Positions 41,219 through 55,537 of a stretch of DNA of 64,000 nt are shown piece by piece. Source of the stretch: Octopus vulgaris (Eukaryota). How positions within the stretch are numbered: position 1 is the stretch's first letter; every line of letters begins with the position of its first letter. Where the stretch lies: assembly GCA_951406725.2 (NCBI GenBank), contig OX597816.1:50654001-50718000 (forward strand). The letters run 5' to 3'. Under the pieces are notes generated by a model. The model had not been told where the DNA came from and did not search any database. It worked only from the letters and a program-made list of their open reading frames with translations. The translations under genes and the position numbers were made by a program.

Positions 41219-42089
41219 GTGTGTGTGTGTATGTATACTTAAATGTATATAGATATCTGTATATATTTATGTATACATATATAATACACACAGAATTACA
41301 CATATACAAAAATACCTACGGAAACGTAAACACGTACAGACACACACTTTCCCATATATGATTGTATAATGCGTGTAGCTATTACGTGCATCATTTTCAA
41401 TTCCGTGACATTCAGACTAGCACTACACGACCGATATGAATATACAATGAAGGAGGAGATACATTATTGAAATAAATTTTAAAATGGCGATATTTTAAAT
41501 CTCGGTGAAGTGCGATATTTAAAAAGTACCATATTTTTCAAGCAATATTCAATGAAACAATAACATAAAGAACGAAATAAATTTTGCCGGCAGGATATAA
41601 TTCTATAGCAATTAATTCCGTTTAAATTATGGATAATTTCGTGATTCGTGTACCGTAAAAGAAATACTATCGCAAATATCATCTTGTTAGTAATGAAACA
41701 TGATCTTACGTGCAGTTCCTGTCATTTATTTCGATTAGAGAGACAGACAGCGAATAAATATTTCCGGCCTCGTAAATTGATTCCTTAAGAAAAATATATT
41801 GTATCTCTGAACCCAATCCATGTTCTGATGAAGGTCCTTTAATCACTAATACTGAGACTAATTTCACTAAGTAAGATCACTCCAAGCAGTAGGAGAATTG
41901 AAGGGCATATTGAATATTTAGGGAGGAACATGCTACGCTTTTTTAAAATGAACATTCGGTGAGCGCAAGCATGGTGTTGTAATTGAGAATCTCGCTTTGC
42001 AACCACAAAGACGACCAATGAACTTGTGTCAGACAGGAATCGAGTTATGATGTCTGTTACACATATATGATATATGTTTATATACAAGA

Positions 42090-42335
42090 ATCAAACGTCT
42101 TTCGCCAGACATAGGCTCCTAAGAACTGTTTCACAGAATCTGTGACGTAGTATGCATCCCCCACATTGGACGGGATGCTTGTTCATAGCAGGATTCCATA
42201 TTCTTTTTTTGCCAGACGAATGGACATGAACAACTTGAAATGAAGTGTTTGTCTCAAGAAAACAATGTCCTTCCTTGGAGTAGAAACCACAATCAGACGA
42301 GCATGAGCAAAACACGAGTACGCCGTGTAACCCCA
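42090..42335 (-). mobile_element. Degenerate SINE with V-domain-like segment
   Basis: Reverse strand ctgctatgaacaagcatcccgtccaa resembles ctgcgatggactggcgtcccgtccag at 50376. Confidence 0.5.
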
Positions 42336-43780
42336 CTCATACACACATTGACGCACACTATCCAACTTGACAACCACTGGAAATCGGGTACATATTTGTT
42401 TAATTCCTCAGTAGTAGCGGTTCAGCATAAAATTCCGTTAAAATAGACACCAAACGTAAAAATATACACATCAAGCTGTTACCAGAGTATAGACACTATC
42501 CAATGATTGAGACACTAGTATATAATACATGATTTTCGTGATTGCAGACATTTAATCTTACGTGAGACCAATTACGGTTACTCATAAGCAAAACAACATT
42601 AACGAATCAAACTCGGGATCTGTACAGTTTGCTCTAAACATAAGACAAATGTTTATGAAATGCTCCCCAAACACTTAAAATGACAGAACGGTTATTTTCT
42701 GTAAAGTTAAGTAAGTCTTGCCTTGAACGAAAACACATGCCATAATTTTCCTTATTTCTCGCCGAATGGGAATAAATATCATACAGCTATAAAACGACAT
42801 TCGTTTGGAGTCGTTCCTAGAGTTAAGTTTAATGGGATGTGAAGCGTGATTCTCGTCGTCTTGGACACCGCTTAACGATGATTACATTTATATGACCTCA
42901 AACACGCCCTTCCGTTTATTATTCAGTTGCGAATTATAAACACATGTACAGGACCATACGCACATACATGCTCGTAAAAGTATGTGTGTGCGTGTGTATG
43001 TTTCATATTTGTGTGTGTGTATATCACAAAACACATATACTTAAGTATAAAAATAGTGCACAGGAAGTAGGGAAACATAGAGCGGAATAAGTAGAGGGTT
43101 ATATAAAGGAAACCACCTCACCACCTTAAACAAAATAGAGCAGAATTAACAAACGAGCTAATAATAAAGAAACAGACAAACTATAGTTGATTGCCTATAG
43201 TAGTTTTAATTTAGCACCCATACAGTACATTGCAGCAATATCTGTTGAACATTATTTCATTGCTTTCTATATAGGACATGGTAAAAATAAAAGAAAATAG
43301 TTAAAAATATTAAAAATAATAACAACACAAATAAAATACAAGTTTCCTTCTCTTCATTTTCTCCTTTTTTTTTTTGCTTATGTATTTTCTTAATACAAAA
43401 GAAGCATACATTTGTGTGTACGCGTGTGTGATATAAATAAATATCACTGTGTTATGCGCTTTAAATAGAATGCGTTTGTTTGTTTCAATGCCGTTATGAA
43501 ATCAATCAATCAATCAATACTGCATTTTAATGGTAGAATCGTGTGTCGCTTCAGCATACCTATGGCTGTTTCCTATTTTCTTTCAGTTTATCTCATTTAT
43601 TTTTCTTTGGTTCTTTTTTTCTGTTTATTTTCTATCGCGTGTAAATGATGTGTAAGACATTGTTTTACTATCTGCGTCATTATTTCTGAAGGACAAAAGT
43701 ATCCAGCCAAGCAACCGCCTGGGTTATATGCCAACTGTAATAATAAACGCTTACACACTAACATACAGATGCATACACAC

Positions 43781-43836
<56 letters not shown>

Positions 43837-43870
43837 GTGTGTGTGTGTATATATGTATGTACATATATAC

Positions 43871-43955
<85 letters not shown>

Positions 43956-44740
43956 CACACATATATACACTCACATTCCTATAGTAGACAGTATTGTGAA
44001 ATTTGATTCAACGCATTAAAGAAAGCAGCTACAAATTCCATTGCTTATATTGGGCCAAGAACAAAGGAATATGAAAACTAAACACCGAAACTTGTATCTT
44101 CTTTGATATTTTAGTTTTTACAAAAGGGTCTTCATTGAGAGACATAAAAAACTGAACTCATCTGAGATGTAAGTAAATATTTTCATAGCTTTAATATACA
44201 TAAAATTATGTAGGTAAGTCGTTGTGTTCGCGACCATTTGGTTAATTTTTCTGTGAAATATTGTAATATACTAAGGTCAAAGAACTTGCCTAACACTCTA
44301 AGTATCGATTTTGAATAATTAGATTATGATGATGTTGGTTTATCATACTTAACGATTGTAAGCAATTATAAACCCTAATACCTAATCTGGTGCTGGATCA
44401 TTTCGATTCACACGCGACTAATCACGTGTTATAACTGGATATAATTAATATACACACATATTCATCCTTGAATGGGTTTAGCAACGATACCGGTTCGAAC
44501 CATACATTAAAGTAGTAATGTTGAAATATTGGATTCAAAATTTGGCACAAGGCCAGCAATATTGTGGGAGTCGGAAAGTCCATTACAAAGACAGCGCTAT
44601 ATTGGTACTCCTTTTCCTCAGTGGGCTATCGGTCCTGCCACAACGCCATATATTAATGCTGAAATGTTGAAATATTTCAGTACTCGTAAAAAAAATACGA
44701 ATCAAAAGCAATCGTGTCATCAGTATTCGATGGTAGAAAG

Positions 44741-45190
44741 AAGGCGGCAATCTGACAGAATCGTTTGCACGCCGGGCGAAATGCTTAGCAGTATTTCGTC
44801 TGTCGCTACGTTCTGAGTTCAAATTCCGCTAAGGTCGACTTTGCCTTTCATCATTTCGGGATTGATTAAATAAGTACCAGTTACGCACAAGGATCGATGT
44901 AATCAGCTTAATCCCCTTGTCTGTTCTTCTTTATCGCCTCTATGTTTAGCCCCCTGTGGGCAATAAAGAAAGAAATATTCGAAGGTAGAAAGAAGGCCGC
45001 GAGCTGATAGAATCGTTTGCACGCTGGGCAAAATATTTCACAGCATTTCATACGTCTTTATGTTCTGAGTTCAAATTCCGACTTTACTATTCATCCTTTC
45101 GGAGTCGTTAAATTAAGAACCAATGAAACACTGGGGTCGGTGAAATCGACTAGTTCTCCCCTTCCTTAATTTTTAGGCCTCGTGCATTTA
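44741..45190 (+). mobile_element. Tandem Nin-type SINE pair; first copy flanked by a 17-bp TSD
   Basis: gagttcaaattcc B-box twice; tattcga(t/a)ggtagaaag at 44724 and 44976. Confidence 0.9.
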
Positions 45191-45648
45191 GTAGAAAGGA
45201 TGATGGAAAAAAAAAATGATTGGGCGAGTATCCCAACCCAAGGACACTTGAATATAGACATGTGCAAACACACACATATAAATACGTACATATATGCAAA
45301 TGCACGTATACATATGTGCATACAGATGCAAAAAGGTGTAAGGGGACACACACATCCTTTCAAGAATTGTGTATCGTCTTTTGTTGTAAGAAAGTCAGTA
45401 TATCAAAATGTGTTTCTTTACCTATGTTTTCTGAAGTTCCTTTGCTATGTGCAAAACGATATTGTGCACAACACCTTGTATGTGCATAAGAGTAGTTAGT
45501 CGGCGAGTCCGTGCCCCGCGTGAGACTGGTTTTGAATATGTTTAAAAATATAAAAAATACATACACGTATACGTAGATGTATCTACATCTGTATGTCTGT
45601 TTGTCACTGTCTCTCTCTAATACACATTCTCTCCCAATATATATATAT

Positions 45649-45649
<1 letters not shown>

Positions 45650-45746
<97 letters not shown>
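45650..45746. repeat. (GATA)n microsatellite
   Basis: Directly visible. Confidence 0.97.
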
Positions 45747-45747
<1 letters not shown>

Positions 45748-46817
45748 CTGGTGTGGGTGGTGGCATGGTGTAAGAATATATTTGCGGTTTTTTTATCTGC
45801 ATGTGTGCGAGCATTGGACTTTTCTTTCTCACTCCCAAAAAATGGAGACATAAATTAATAATAACCTCTTATATGCGGAACAAATGTTACATCAATATTT
45901 AAGCGAATAGTAAGAATATTGTCATTGTCTCTTCATTCTCCATTACATCTCAAAGGAGCTTTCAAAAAATGGCCTCTGAATTCTTGCTGCTTAATTATAA
46001 CGCAATATAATGGACGATAGCCCAAAAGGAAAATGAAAACTGAATAACAATAATACATGAAGAGGTGGAAAATTCGGCCTGAGTAATGTGTCAATGGAAA
46101 GCCGTTAAATTCTATTTTACGATAAAGATATGTAGAACGGTTATTGGTATAACTTAGTGAAAAGATAAACAAGCGTATCGAATTGATTAGTTTTAAAAAG
46201 GGAGTTAACTTAGGACATTTTTTTTTTCTGATAAGCCTGAGCGAACATCATGATAAGTGTACTACGTTTTTTGTGAAATATACGGGATTGAATTAAAACA
46301 AATCTATAATATAATCGGTTAACTGAGGCAGTATTTTTTTTTTAAATGCTAAAATGTTGAATACTTTTATTTTATTTAATTCCTTATAACTAGAGTAACG
46401 TAATGGTTGTTATAAAGGAAATGAAGACAAGTCAGATGACTGTTGAAAAAAGGTATTGTTTTATTCTAAATGACATATATCTAAAAGATACAAAATGATA
46501 CAAAATTAACTGTTTTATATTTGGGAAATTCGCACTGAAACTATTTCATACGAGTTTCCAGAGAGTGAATATGTCCTGGGGAGTAAATAACAAGGCTTAT
46601 TTCTTAAATGAAGAAAAATGAATACAGTATAATATAGATATGTTTGAATTCATAAATAATTCAGAGATACACATGGAGACACACAAACTAAGATTCTCAT
46701 GCTGTTTCGGTTTTTGTTGTTTTTATGAGTCTGTTGTACTTATATAATTAATGCTCATATAAAACTTAGGTATATCGATTTTTGTTTTCTGCGTGTGTAT
46801 GTGTGTGTGAGAGAGAG

Positions 46818-46869
<52 letters not shown>

Positions 46870-47345
46870 AGTATATATGCGTTTATAAGAGTGTGTACAT
46901 CTGCACTATTTATTTTAATATACACATTATTGAATACATATCGTGCCGTTTCTTTCCACTACTATATACCTAAACAAATATAAAATTGCACACATACGCA
47001 CATACACTCACACACACATACACACACATACAAACAAGTCCATCAAAGAATATACCTTTTCTAGTAAATAGTTTAATTTGTCTGAAATATTTATTTTACA
47101 TTTTAACTCATTGCAGTAGTTTGGAAAAAAACCATTGTGTTTATCTTTACAAGTAATTTATTAGCAGACTGATATGGCGATGTATACGCGCGGGTATGAC
47201 TGCGTGATAAAGAATTTAGCTCTGGAACAAAATGATTTCGAGTTCAATCCAACTACGCCACAACTTGGACAATGGGGTTTTAATACAACCTCGGATCAAC
47301 CCACTCTATATAGTATATGCGGTAGGTGATAGACACAAATGAGGA

Positions 47346-47410
<65 letters not shown>

Positions 47411-47996
47411 TCTGTTGTTTACCTCCAGTTAACATAGCGCTTCGGCAAAATTATGCGAAATCTTAAGTATCAAGTTTACAGGCTGATTTCTTTGATTCAA
47501 TGTTTCAAGCATGTCGCCTGTCTCCGGGATATTTTGATCTTTTCTATCAGAAACGACTTTTGTACAACCAGTAATCATCTAACTCTGTTTTCTGAAAATC
47601 CCCCAATGAGAACTCTTCACTTACATGGTGGAAATTATTTTAAGAAAAGCAACAACATACAAATTCTGAAGTATCCTTAAACATGACACTGATAGATATC
47701 AAAACTGCCATGTAAATATCAGAAAAAAGAAATATGTTACTGTTGGTTTGAGAATACATGTCTTGTCACTACAAACGAATGAATTTTTCAGTCAAGCTGT
47801 AATGAATCAAAAACACACTACTCCCAACCTTTTACGCAAGAATCAAAAATAAAGTCACTGCCGATATGAATAAATACGTAGTATAACATAAAGTTGGAGA
47901 ACAAATAAACCTATTTCATTTAAAATGAAATAACAATACGATATGATCTGTTGCATGTAAACGACTAAAAACTATCCCAAAATTTATATATATGTA

Positions 47997-48093
<97 letters not shown>

Positions 48094-48660
48094 AGATCGA
48101 TAGCAGAAGTTGGTCACGTGTGACTTCACATTTAGGTTTGACATGGAGGCATATCATGTAAAGTAGTCACACAGTATATCATCCATCTTTTTGAGGTATA
48201 GTGTATGTAAACTTAGATAGCATCATAAGCCATTGTCTTTAAGTTGGCAGACTCTTTTTTTCAATAGGGTTGGTCTGAGTTTCTAGTGTATCTGTGAGAA
48301 TATATTGTTGACTTTATTTCGCGATTTACACTACGACAATGCAATTAATAACACCGGGCAATTTTCAATTCGATATCAGGAACTGAGTAAGAACAGGCAC
48401 ATCCAACCAGCTATAATATATGGATGATAATTATTTTCTTGTCGTTGATAAAGCAGATACTACTTCATGAGTTTTAGTATAAACCCGTCACTTGACTATA
48501 GTGTCCTGTCACGAAATCAAAGATGTCTAAAAACTCATTTCTCTTTCATGGAATTTAGAATTAGTGCATGCAAACATAAATATATATAGCTTTTAAATTC
48601 AATTTTACTGTGCCGTACATGAAAAAGTACAAGGCATTAATTGTAATATTTAGTTTCTCT

Positions 48661-49075
48661 AAGGCGGTGAGCTGGCAGAAACGTTAGCACGCCGGGCGAA
48701 ATGCGTAGCCGTATTTCGTCTGCCGTTACGTTCTGAGTTCAAATTCCGCTGAGGTACACTTTGCCTTTCATCCCTTCGGGGTCGATTAAATAAGTACCAG
48801 TTACGCACTGGGGGCGATATAATCGACTTAATCCATTTGTCTGTCCATGTTTGTCCCTTCTGTGTGTAGCCCCTTGTGGGCAGCAATGAAATAAGAAATA
48901 TTTGCACACCGGGTGAAATGCTTCGTGGAATTTCGTCTATCTTTACGCTCTGATTTCAAATTTCGCCGAGATCGAATTTGCCTTTCATTTTAAATTAAGT
49001 ACCAGTTGAGTACTGGTGTCGATCTAATTGTCTGGACCCCTCCCCTCGAAATTCGGGCCTTGTGTCTAGAGTAGA
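48661..49075 (+). mobile_element. Tandem/nested Nin-type SINE pair
   Basis: aaggcggtgagctggcagaa..gagttcaaattcc..gcctttcatcccttcggggtcgat..aagtaccag, followed by a second 5'-clipped copy from about 48895. Confidence 0.92.
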
Positions 49076-50167
49076 AGAGTACATTTAGTTACTTTTAGAT
49101 AATATAGCATAGAATCTCATATATTTAGATCTTAACACATATGCACATCATTCAGTAAATTTGACACCATTCACCGGCGTAAAACCTGTCGTTCGCTAAC
49201 AAAGGGGTACGTGCGAAGAAAACTTGGAAAAAGATATAATGTCCTAATTATGCAGAAATGGAAGCACTAACATTTCGGAACTATTTGATTCCCAGTAAAC
49301 AGTCACAATATATACGATTAATGATAATCCTCAATGTTTGTGCTTTGGAGCAGAGATTTAGCTACATTAGCAGCATGAAAATACTGCTAAAAAGCAATAT
49401 ACTTGTATCCATTCTCACATGCATGTATTTGAATATTTCCTTGACCGATCGCGCAAGATGATGCGCAGTTTTATATAAATTTATGATTCGTTCAATAAGA
49501 CACATATACTTATGTTGGCAGCCACAGAAGTATATAAAAAGATATTTGAAAGTCAGTTCGTTGACAATCAATGTTCGCACTTAATGATTATACAATTTTG
49601 AGTGTATATAATAGTCGCTGTTATAATGGTCATTAAATAGTAAATATGTTGTTAGTGTAGATGTAAATCTTCTCAGAAGAAAAAAATATCATTAACAAAT
49701 GTAATGAAAATATTAAAACAAGAAGATTGGTTGCAGACAGTGTGCATATAATTTGCAATCGTGACCGAAATGTCTCAGTTTGTAATTATTGTTCGACATA
49801 AAAATAGTCGAGTATTTAAAGAGAATCACAGGCATCATGAGTGATGGCGACATCATTCTATTTTAGATTGCGGTAAAACAATACAAGTGAGCATAGTTAT
49901 AGCATTTAAGCAGCCCTCAGACTTACAAGAAATGAATAAAACTTGTTTGACAGGCTTTCTAATTTAGAGCATCCGCAAAGCCGGTATTACATAACATTAA
50001 TTGGCTGTGTTTAAAATAATTTCGAACGACTATGGATGTAGGAGAGGGAAAATTAATTTCTATATGGAATTGTTTTTTCTCCTTTAGTCCGAAATGCAAA
50101 TCTTAGCTAACTTCTTCGTATAATCTAGTAGACGAATAAGTATATTAATATAGGACAAATCGATAAG

Positions 50168-50470
50168 TGTGGAGGCGCAATGGTCCAGTGGTTAGGACAG
50201 CGGAGTTGAGATCGGACGATCACCGTTTCGATTCCCAGATCAGGCGCTGTGTGTGTTTATTGAGCGAAAACACCTAAAAGCTCCACAAGGCTCTGGCAGG
50301 GGGTGATGACGACCCCTGTTGTACTCTTTCGCCACAACTTTCTCTCACACTCTCTTCCTGTTTCTTGAGTAAGGCTGCGATGGACTGGCGTCCCGTCCAG
50401 CTGGGAGGAACACATACGCCACAGAAACTGGGAAACCTGGCCCATGAGCCTGGCTAGGCTTGAAAAGGGC
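50168..50470 (+). mobile_element. tRNA-derived SINE with V-domain-like segment
   Basis: tggtccagtggttag (A box), gtttcgattccc (B box), gcgatggactggcgtcccgtccag. Confidence 0.88.
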
Positions 50471-51926
50471 GAAAAAAATAGATAAGGGGGTAAAATCACA
50501 TATGCATTAAATGATACTGAAATAATTCTAGGAGGAAAATATGGGCGAGTTCAGTTGATTGCTAATAGCTAATGCTGAGGGATACATAACAAGGATTTAG
50601 CAGTACCATAGAGTGTCGTACAAAGTAGATAGAGGTCTTTGTTCCGGTCCCATACATTCTGACTTCATACTCAACAATTTGATATTCTGCGAATTCATTT
50701 GTCTCTAATGCATCACTGTACTCTGGTACTGTATGATATCGGCAGACATTTGTCCTATTTACCTCATCTGAGACATGGAGAGGTTATATTTGCTGCAGAG
50801 TTTGCTACGCGTCTTCTTAGTTATGCAATTTCAATAGGAGCGCCAAGGTGTATATTCAAAGCACAACAACAAAGTTCATGACGTATGTACAGGGTGCGAT
50901 GGGTACATTGTCCCAATTTCATATCCTTAATTTCACTCATACGCGTTGTTTGTTTTCGATTCTGTGGCCCACAGAGTACTGTAGAGTCAGTTCTACAACT
51001 AGTGCCTGTTGTAGAAGGAATTGTAAAAAACATATAATCAAATGTTAACATATACATGTATACCATATCTATCTATCTTTATTTATATATTTATATATAT
51101 ATATATTCTATCTATCGATCTATCTATCTACTTAAATACACACAGACACACACATGTGTATACATACATTCATGTGTGTGTATGTGTGTGTATGTGTGTG
51201 CGTTCGTTTAACTCCACTACCACTTGAATACAGGGCTTTTGTCAGAAGATTGGCAAACGGAAGCGATAGCGTAAATACTAGACTTAAAAAATAACTTTTA
51301 TGTTCGATTCGTTGAACTAAAATTATTCAAGGCGATGTTCCATCAAACCCACAATCCAAGGACTCAAACGAGTAAATATAAACAAACATATAACAATACA
51401 CACAAGCATTATATGATATAAAATAAGTTTGCACTGCTATACTCAGTAAAAAAGATGTATTAAAAAAACAAAAAAATAAGAAAATATTGTAATATTGTTC
51501 TAACGAAGACTCTGATAGTCTTTATCTTTGTATCTAACATTTTATAGCTATATTCCTTTTCGCGGTAATACATTTAATTGCATTTTAATTAATCCTTTAT
51601 CTAAATTATCTACATGGCTGCAGGTATATCTTGATTAAACCTCGTTATGCTTATTATATTTGTAATATACTTGATATAAACTAATATTGCTACAAACAAT
51701 ATTGAAAGTATAATTTTATTAAGATAAGTATAATTACATATTTAACGAAAATGCGTTTATTCATTTCTTCGACAGTAATTCAGAATTATAAATTGGTTTT
51801 ACGTTTCCCAGAAGCTTACTTTTAGAGAAACAACTCAAGATTCGTGTGTTTGTTTTGTGCGTTTATAATTAAACATATTAATATATTATAAACACACATA
51901 TATACACGCATACAGACACAGACACA

Positions 51927-51969
<43 letters not shown>

Positions 51970-53199
51970 GTATACGTACATCTGCGGGTGTCTGTAGAAA
52001 TATGGTCTCCTCAGTTTGTTAGGTATGCTCTTTAAAGCAGCATTTTTAAGAATTAGAATTAATGATATATCGATACCAGATTCAGCACGAAATGGAATTT
52101 AATATGGAGAACAGGATAAAATAAACGCAATATTCTCAGAATAGCAAATGGATATATAGAAAATGGACATTCAGTATATATTCTAGAACCAACAACCATT
52201 TTCCAAGTGAGCGTAAATTTTTCTGAAACATCCGATGCAGTAGTAGATACACTCTATGTACAAACAATGAAAGGATGGTAATAAGTAGATTCTCATGATC
52301 ATTTCGCTCTATCATGTTTCATATTCAGATTCAGATGGTCAAGCTAACAGCTAGCATTATGAAGCTATTGACAATACAGTAGCCTTTATAATAACATTTA
52401 TTATTCATAGAAAATTAAAGATAAAGTAACTCTAATTTGTAAAGTAGCAGCAAAATGTTCTTTATTGTGTGTTTCGTTTATTTTAGCTTTCAGTCGTGGC
52501 TCACAAAATATTTAATTTATATAAGGTTGTGGATCATTATGTTAGAATTTATACCATCACTCAAATGTTGCTTATAGTACTGCTCGGTTTGTATATGAGC
52601 CATTCTTTCATTGAATTTTTCCTTCATGTTTAACACGTATATCCCATGAGGTATAACATGCATATCCTCAAGTATTTCCTATTTCTTTATACCTCATTCA
52701 TAGTTGGACGTATGATATCGCTATTGTCAAAGAAATACCGTAAAAAGTTATATAACGTATGGAAAGTTTTGTGAGCCAGCTAGCCAGATATGAAAAGGAA
52801 CACGGTTTAGTTTTTCAATGTACAATCCCAAACATTTTGGTTTCAGATTATATTTTTCATTTACTTTACGGGTTTAATGAAAGAAAAAAGACAACTAAGA
52901 TATAAATAAACACAATTACAAAATTCTACTAACTGGATGTACAGAATAATTGATAATATAGACACCAGCAGCTTCATGGAAAATGTTTACTACCCACACA
53001 CACTTACATGCCAAGGACATACTTTTCAAAAGTTACTGTGATTCCGAACTACCATTCAACAAAATTAATTGCATATCCGTTGTCGATCTGCATAGATATC
53101 CTCAAGCTCTTCTACATTTCTTTGAAGAGTGTCTCAACAAAGTACTTGCCGACATATAAAATTGAACCTCAACATCTATCAAAACAACAACAAAATAAA

Positions 53200-55260
53200 T
53201 ATTTAATTTAATGGGATAATTTTTCTTATCCCAACTTGTACTTGAGCCGTGAAGACAAGATAAAATTATCTTGGACCTGATGTTAACAAACCACTCTAGT
53301 CCCATGCATAACATTTCATTTGAAGAAACTCTTCTCTCTGATCAGAGAATATGAATTCCCGGTATGCCAAAGCGAAATTAGTCACTCTTGCCCCAGAGCA
53401 CGAGTTCAAGTACATAAAACTTCACAAGGCAGACGAGGGGGCGATTTGAAAAGACCTAAACCTTACCGATATGTATTCACAAAAGCAAAAAAACAACTCT
53501 GATACGGAAGCAAGATATCAGCGTTTAATGAACACTGTTACTTACAAATGCGCAAAACAAGCTCTCATGATAAGCACTAGTAGAAATACACCCCCCACCC
53601 ACGAAGAGAGAAACAAAATGCTCAATAGGAGAATCAAAAGGATTGATATAGAATCCAGCCAGTTGAAACACCCACCAACATTCAAAATCAACAGCAATAT
53701 GAAAACATCAGTTGGAAAATATAATCTGCAGATCCGCAAGAAAATACACATCAACAATCTGAGGACTGGAGAGGAAAACTGGATCGAAAAATCAAAAGTA
53801 TCAAACAGAGGCAAAAATTGTTTTATTCATATGCCAACAAGCATAACAACACTGCATCACCCGATGGTACAGACTAATGACAGCAGCATTCGTCCCCATG
53901 AGGCTACAAAAATGGTCGAGATCCAATAGAAAGAATATCGCTCTGCCTTTAGTAATTCCACTGATATTTATGAAAGGAAATGCAGCGAGTTCAATCCACA
54001 ACATATCACTAACAGGTTTCACTACTTCAGACATCACAGGAGCAATGAATGAAATCAAGCATTATTTTAAAGGAGGCCCTTATAGAATGTAGTGACGAGC
54101 TTGCATCCACCCTAAACAGCGTCCAGATGCATCCTTTAGAAGCAGGCTATATTTACCAGTCTACAATATTAGTCTTCAATAAAAAAAAGAAACAAGTCTC
54201 TTGCAATGACCTATCACCTAACCTCGCACACATCTCACATAATCAAAGTGTTTCAAAATAATTGTGAGATCAACTATAACTGGTTTCCTGCAGGTTACAA
54301 CCGGCATGGCCCTCGCTGCGGCAGAGACTACCTATTTCTCCTCAACTATTTCTACTTCTGGCCATTCCTCTCTCACTCACTTCTCAGTTACAAGTAGTTA
54401 GAGTTCATAAATTTACTTAATAATGTAAAATTACATTAGCTTGATGTTAAGGTATTAGTTCAAACTCTTTGGTCATATACCTTGTCCTTGGCAAAGACTA
54501 CGACAGAGTCGACCACTATATGCTCTTGTTAAAAGTGTTCTATTCTGGATCGATAGTAAACACCTACTTTGGCTTAGGTACTTCCTAGTGAACAAAACAG
54601 AACATGAAATCGCTGTAATTCACTCAGGTCCAGAGAAATTCAGCAATGGTGTTCTTCAGTGAACTGTTTTGAATCCGCGCCTCTCTACCGCTTAGGAAAA
54701 TGACATCTGAAGCTTCACAAATGTGTTTTCAAATCACTCTAAATCCCCAAAAGTTATCACAGGAGAAGACAGAACACAAATCTCATCTAGATGTTGTAAG
54801 CCAAGTCGTAAACAAATACAACATGCGGTTAAATGTGGGAAAATCTGACCTCATGCATTTTGAAAAAAATGAATGCACTCCAACATTTATAATATCTTCC
54901 TTCAGGGGAACTAATAACAGTATCGAATATTATCAGGCTAGAACTAATTCTGAGCAATCGTCTAGGCTAGAACTCTCACATCAACAATAAAATCGATATA
55001 TTTCGCAACATGAGCTGCAGGAATCTCAGAACTTACCGGACCTGAGAGCTAGATGGCATCATTCTCATTTCCTCCTCCTTTTTATTACACCTAGAACACC
55101 GCATCACACTGTGGTTTCTCCGCCTCAAACAAAAAAATTAGATAAATGGGTCAACCTACTAAAAAAGTAAAAGGCATGGGGGATCTTGATTATTGGGACC
55201 ATTAGAAAACATTGGGACTTGATTCTCTCCGATACCGCCGTGAGCGCTACATAATTTGAA
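53200..55260 (+). mobile_element. Old CR1-group LINE ORF2 remnant (APE endonuclease end + RT)
   Basis: IILDLMLTN; IKSIKQRQKLFYSYANK; KDYDRVDHYMLLLK; NGVLQ*TVLNP; YNMRLNVGKS. Confidence 0.72.
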
Positions 55261-55435
55261 CAAGGTGAAGAGTGCACATCTAGTATTACACAAATGACAA
55301 CAAATAAGCCGATTGTCATACCTCCGCAAAATATTTCAGGTGCGTAACACATAAATACACTGTAACATTATTTAAATATCTAAATTTATCTAAAATATAT
55401 GTATGTATGTATGTATGTGTCTATCTATCTATCTG

Positions 55436-55483
<48 letters not shown>

Positions 55484-55487
55484 CATG

Positions 55488-55537
<50 letters not shown>

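Noticed and set aside
50168-50240. tRNA gene
   Set aside because: A/B boxes run into a SINE body repeated elsewhere in the window; no complete cloverleaf seen.
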